Assembly (NCBI GenBank): GCA_964016885.1
Contig: OZ024740.1
Location: forward strand, 276,644,001-276,708,000
Reading direction: 5' to 3'
From: Eledone cirrhosa
Taxonomy: Eukaryota
Length of the DNA: 64,000 nt
Shown here in pieces: positions 59,912-64,000 of this stretch. The notes beneath the pieces are model-generated. The model was not told the origin of the DNA, did no database searches, and was given only the letters and a program-made list of their open reading frames with translations. Position 1 is the first letter of the stretch; each line of letters opens with the position of its first letter. The position numbers were made by a program, and so were the translations under genes.

Positions 59912-62029
59912 CGCACCACCACTAACAAGTCATACACGACTCCAACATATATACCCAGAAACAAAACATAAAGACAATACGCTTACACAAACGTCTACCC
60001 TGCTTCCGAATAATACGCAACTAACACACACAAATTTAGACAGGCAGACAAACGCATTTCACATCATGCTGACCTCCAAGGACAAATCTATCGTATTTTG
60101 CTATTGAGCAAGACCTTGGCGAGATTTTCACTTTAGGTCTTTATTTTACATCAAATGGAAAATACTATTATATCTTTGTATTCGTATAGACAATTATTCC
60201 ATTCTCATCTTTGTTTTATATGTTGTATATTTTCTTTGGTGTCATTGTTACATTTTGTGTTTGGCATGTGCCAGTGAATTTGCAAGAATTTAAAACTTTT
60301 CAGAATGTGTACCCAAACACCCCCGAAAAAAAAAGTAAAAATAAAGAAAAAAAGCAATAAATGACACATGTATAGTGAGAGCTTGTTTAATATTTGGTTG
60401 ATGCTCGAGGATCGGAACTAGTTACATGGTAGGATAATTCTACCGCACAACAGATGGTGTTTTTTATCCTTACCAAACATAACCGTACGTTGTAAATACA
60501 TATATAAATAAATAAATAATAATAAAAAAACATGTAAATGTTACGGAATGTGTTGCTTCTGGTGAAGGAAAGTGTCGCTATTACCTTCTGGATGACATTT
60601 CATTTTGCTATACACCTACTGTCAAATAAAGATAATCTTCCTCTGAAGAAAATCTTAGACTATCAAGGATAACGATACCCGTCAGAAGAATATATTGTTC
60701 CTGCAAATTCAAGATGGAATAATTAGTTACTCACAAGCGTGAGAAATACAATAAAAGAAAAACATTTTAAATTCATCAACTCTTTCATACATAAAAAACT
60801 TAAAGAGAAAGAGAAAATATTACAATAAATGGCGGAAGTAAAGGAAAGTTGTAAGGGGTGAGCAATATAGATAGTATATTTCAGCTGCACTCCGTAGACA
60901 AAATAGTGAAGAGCCAATGACACTAACTGCATCATCCATTCTGCTTCACGAAGATTCTTCATCAGGCAGGATGCACTCCAATTTTTGCGGTGAAAAACAG
61001 CAGTTCAGAAATCAAGGACCTCAGAGGTCACGACGGTGGCTGGCACGAAAAGAAAGCGGTTGGTCAACTGATCATTTTGCAGAGGTTTACTGAGACTCAT
61101 AATTCTCCATGAGCTGTACTGATGTGATATAAAGATATTAAAGTATGCAACGCAACTTGATGGAATAAAGAAACAATAGTTCAGTCAATTTTTCAGATTG
61201 AAAATTAATAATTATGAAGGCGAAAAATAATTTTAATAAACGCAATGTAGAATAGGAAACAGTTACTAGATTCGAAGCTTCACACTACTTTACACTGAAC
61301 AATAAATAACCAGCTATACCACATCAGAAAACGTTAGCCAATTTACCAGATAGAAGCAATAGAACGAAAATGACATATCCCATGAATAATGTAAAATAAT
61401 TGCTATTTAAATCTCTACTTATTTACATATATCAACACACTCAGGAAATCGTGGTAATCCAGTTGGGGAAGATAAATGATATATAAGAATAAGCACAACG
61501 ATTGAACTTTTATAAGAGGAATATTTAATAATCTTGATATACTTCGAATAAACATTCTTTATGAAAGTATAGGAGCTGGATAAAACATCTGTTTTTGACG
61601 CGTTGTTGATGTGCGAAAAATTGGGGCTGACGTTTGTGTTCCATAACTTCATTTTCTCACACATTTGTTGTCATGTGTGTGCAAAAAGAAAGTGGATAGG
61701 ACATTGTGTTTTACGGTGCCCTGTGGGAGTGTCTACATTAATTATTTTTTTCCGTTGATCGTTGATGGTTGGTTTCATAGAATGTTATATTTGATACGCA
61801 GGTTTTCGAAATTTCGTTCTGCGTTTCTGTCAGTAACTACAGTGTTTTGGCCTCGGCATTTGTCTTACCCTTTTTTTTTTAAAATAAGGTACATATGTGG
61901 AGGTATTTTTAAATTCAGATATGCAACTGTTGAATAGTTATTTATGCTATTGTAAGATTCATCACCTTTAATGCAGTCGACTTAGTATACGGAATAAGCT
62001 TGCAAACGCGTGTCTGCTTTGTGGATAGC

Positions 62030-62470
62030 ATAGGTTAGTTGTTCAATATATAATTTAGCAAAGAAGGTACTGAATGAGCCACAAAGAAAAGTTTGCGGTT
62101 TGCTATGTAACAATTTTTCCACGCACATGTTATCATTAAGCAGTTCTCCAGGAAGCAAGGTTGAAATGATTGCAATGGCTTCTATGCCTTTTACCGTCAT
62201 CTACTCCTCGGTGATTTTGTATAAGATGTTCTCTCTCTATATATATATAGAGAGAGAACATCTTATACAAAATCACCGAGGAGTAGATGACGGTAAAAGC
62301 ATGTTTCTCTAGGCATAGAAGCCATTGCAATCATATCAACCTTGCTTCCTGGAGAACTGCTTAATGATAACATGTGCGTGGAAAAATTGTTACATAGCAA
62401 ACCGCAAACATTTCTTTGTGGTTCATTCAGTATCTTCTTTGCTAAATTATATATTGAACAACTAACCTAT
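62030..62470. repeat. 440-bp palindrome centred on CTCTCTC-(TA)6-GAGAGAG
   Basis: Arms differ by a few substitutions and a 13-nt insertion in the right arm. The right end abuts (TA)n. Confidence 0.9.
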
Positions 62471-62776
62471 ATATATATATATATAGAACATTCGGGACCG
62501 TCTGCTACTGATGTGACACCATGTTTGCAGGCTGTCTCGAATCGAATTTTCTATTTTCTAACTTCTATTTTTCTCTATCTCCTATCTTCCATCATATGTT
62601 TCGATTGAACGTAATCCTCTGACATAATTACATAATTCTGCAATTACCACTTGAGATCGCCTTGTTTTGCATCATAATCCAATGATAGAGCTGGACCATC
62701 GAAATATGTATAATGATTTCGCGGAATTCAACTTCTTAAGTAAATTTTCCAGTCCGACCTTCTGTTGTTGTTTTAA

Positions 62777-62862
<86 letters not shown>

Positions 62863-63130
62863 TAAAACGAATTCCAACTTTGTCTGATTTACTCGTTTTA
62901 TTTACAATCCTTTAAAATTATAATGGTATTACAATGAAATAGTATGGTAGAATATTAAATGTATAATGATTTCGCGGAATTCAACTTCTTAATGGAAAAA
63001 GATGAGTATTGACGTCAATGTACGTCGATACTCATCTTCTTCCATTTCTCCGAGGGTTCTTAACCCCACTATCAGGCTAAATAATTTCTTTAATTTCTTT
63101 AGTCAAAATACGGCGATAGCTTACATTTCT

Positions 63131-63182
<52 letters not shown>

Positions 63183-63377
63183 TACAAACAAACCAAACAT
63201 TATAATAAATGTTCGGTAAACTGATACGTACATATATATATGTGTACATGTATGTATATATATACATACTACTGTACGTCTGTATACATATATGTATCTA
63301 CGTATACATACATACTTACATTAAGTGAGAAATGAAATTTCGTTTCATTTTTTCCTTTTATTTATATATATATATAT

Positions 63378-63471
<94 letters not shown>

Positions 63472-63515
63472 AGAAAAAAACAGAATCAGTGTTGCGACGA
63501 ATGGAATTAATTGGG

Positions 63516-63607
63516 TATATTTCAATCATTTCTCTGGCGACCAGCTCGAGGCACGATCGATGTGAGGATCGAACCTGACTCTGAAACTCGCAAGGTCCTC
63601 AGATATG
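63516..63607 (-). ncRNA. Family H hammerhead motif, diverged copy
   Basis: Homologous to 12023-12115. Confidence 0.6.
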
Positions 63608-63734
63608 TCTTGATTCTACGAAGCAGATTTTCCCAGGAAAATCTGCTTAAATTATCAAATGTTCATTCTGTCGTCAAATACTCCCTCAAATCTGCACTCT
63701 CGTCATTTAATCATTCATTAATTTTTCTTACATC

Positions 63735-63922
63735 GGGGCGGTGGATTGGCAGTATCGGTAGAGGGTCGGACGCCATGCTTTCCAGCATAGTTACGCCCCT
63801 TTACGATCTGAGTTCAAATCCCGCCGAGGTTAACTTTGCCTTTCATCCCTACGGGGGTCGATAAAATAAAGTACCAGTAATGCACTGGATAATTGCTGGC
63901 CTTGTGCCTAAAGTAGAAACAA
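63735..63922 (+). mobile_element. Full-length SINE
   Basis: Consensus match, TSD TTAA(T/A)TTTTCTTACATC. Confidence 0.9.
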
Positions 63923-64000
63923 TTAAATTTTCTTACATCAAATGCCTGATCTGCTTTTTCACTCACACAGATACACACATTACAACATGCGAGATTTAAT

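Overview
AT-rich, microsatellite-dense animal genomic DNA. The SINE types and repeat density suggest a cephalopod such as Octopus, but that is inference. No host protein-coding gene can be supported; most listed ORFs are translations of microsatellites. The window is dominated by Penelope-like retroelements (PLEs). There are two near-complete RT + C-terminal GIY-YIG elements (28061-32339 and 44108-48427), each with an inverted copy of its own 3' end at the 5' side, and one 5'-truncated Hydra-type PLE. About 25 short PLE-terminus-like inserts from many unrelated families sit in (TA)n tracts; most carry a minimal hammerhead ribozyme (HHR) motif and many are fold-back palindromes. Also present are a Chapaev3 DNA transposon relic with intact TIRs and TSD, piggyBac- and hAT-type MITEs, a non-autonomous Helitron, a decayed hAT transposase, LINE relics and many tRNA-derived SINEs. 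The four highlights are: (1) a 310-bp non-coding tandem unit with one HHR per unit (retrozyme/circular RNA candidate); (2) a correctly phased U_UUU_UUA slippery site joining an upstream ORF to the RT ORF of PLE-1; (3) an ACTC..GAGT(G/A)C hairpin motif shared by unrelated PLE-terminus families; (4) HHR core variants, including a U3:A8 covariation. All coordinates were read by eye and may be off by a few bases.
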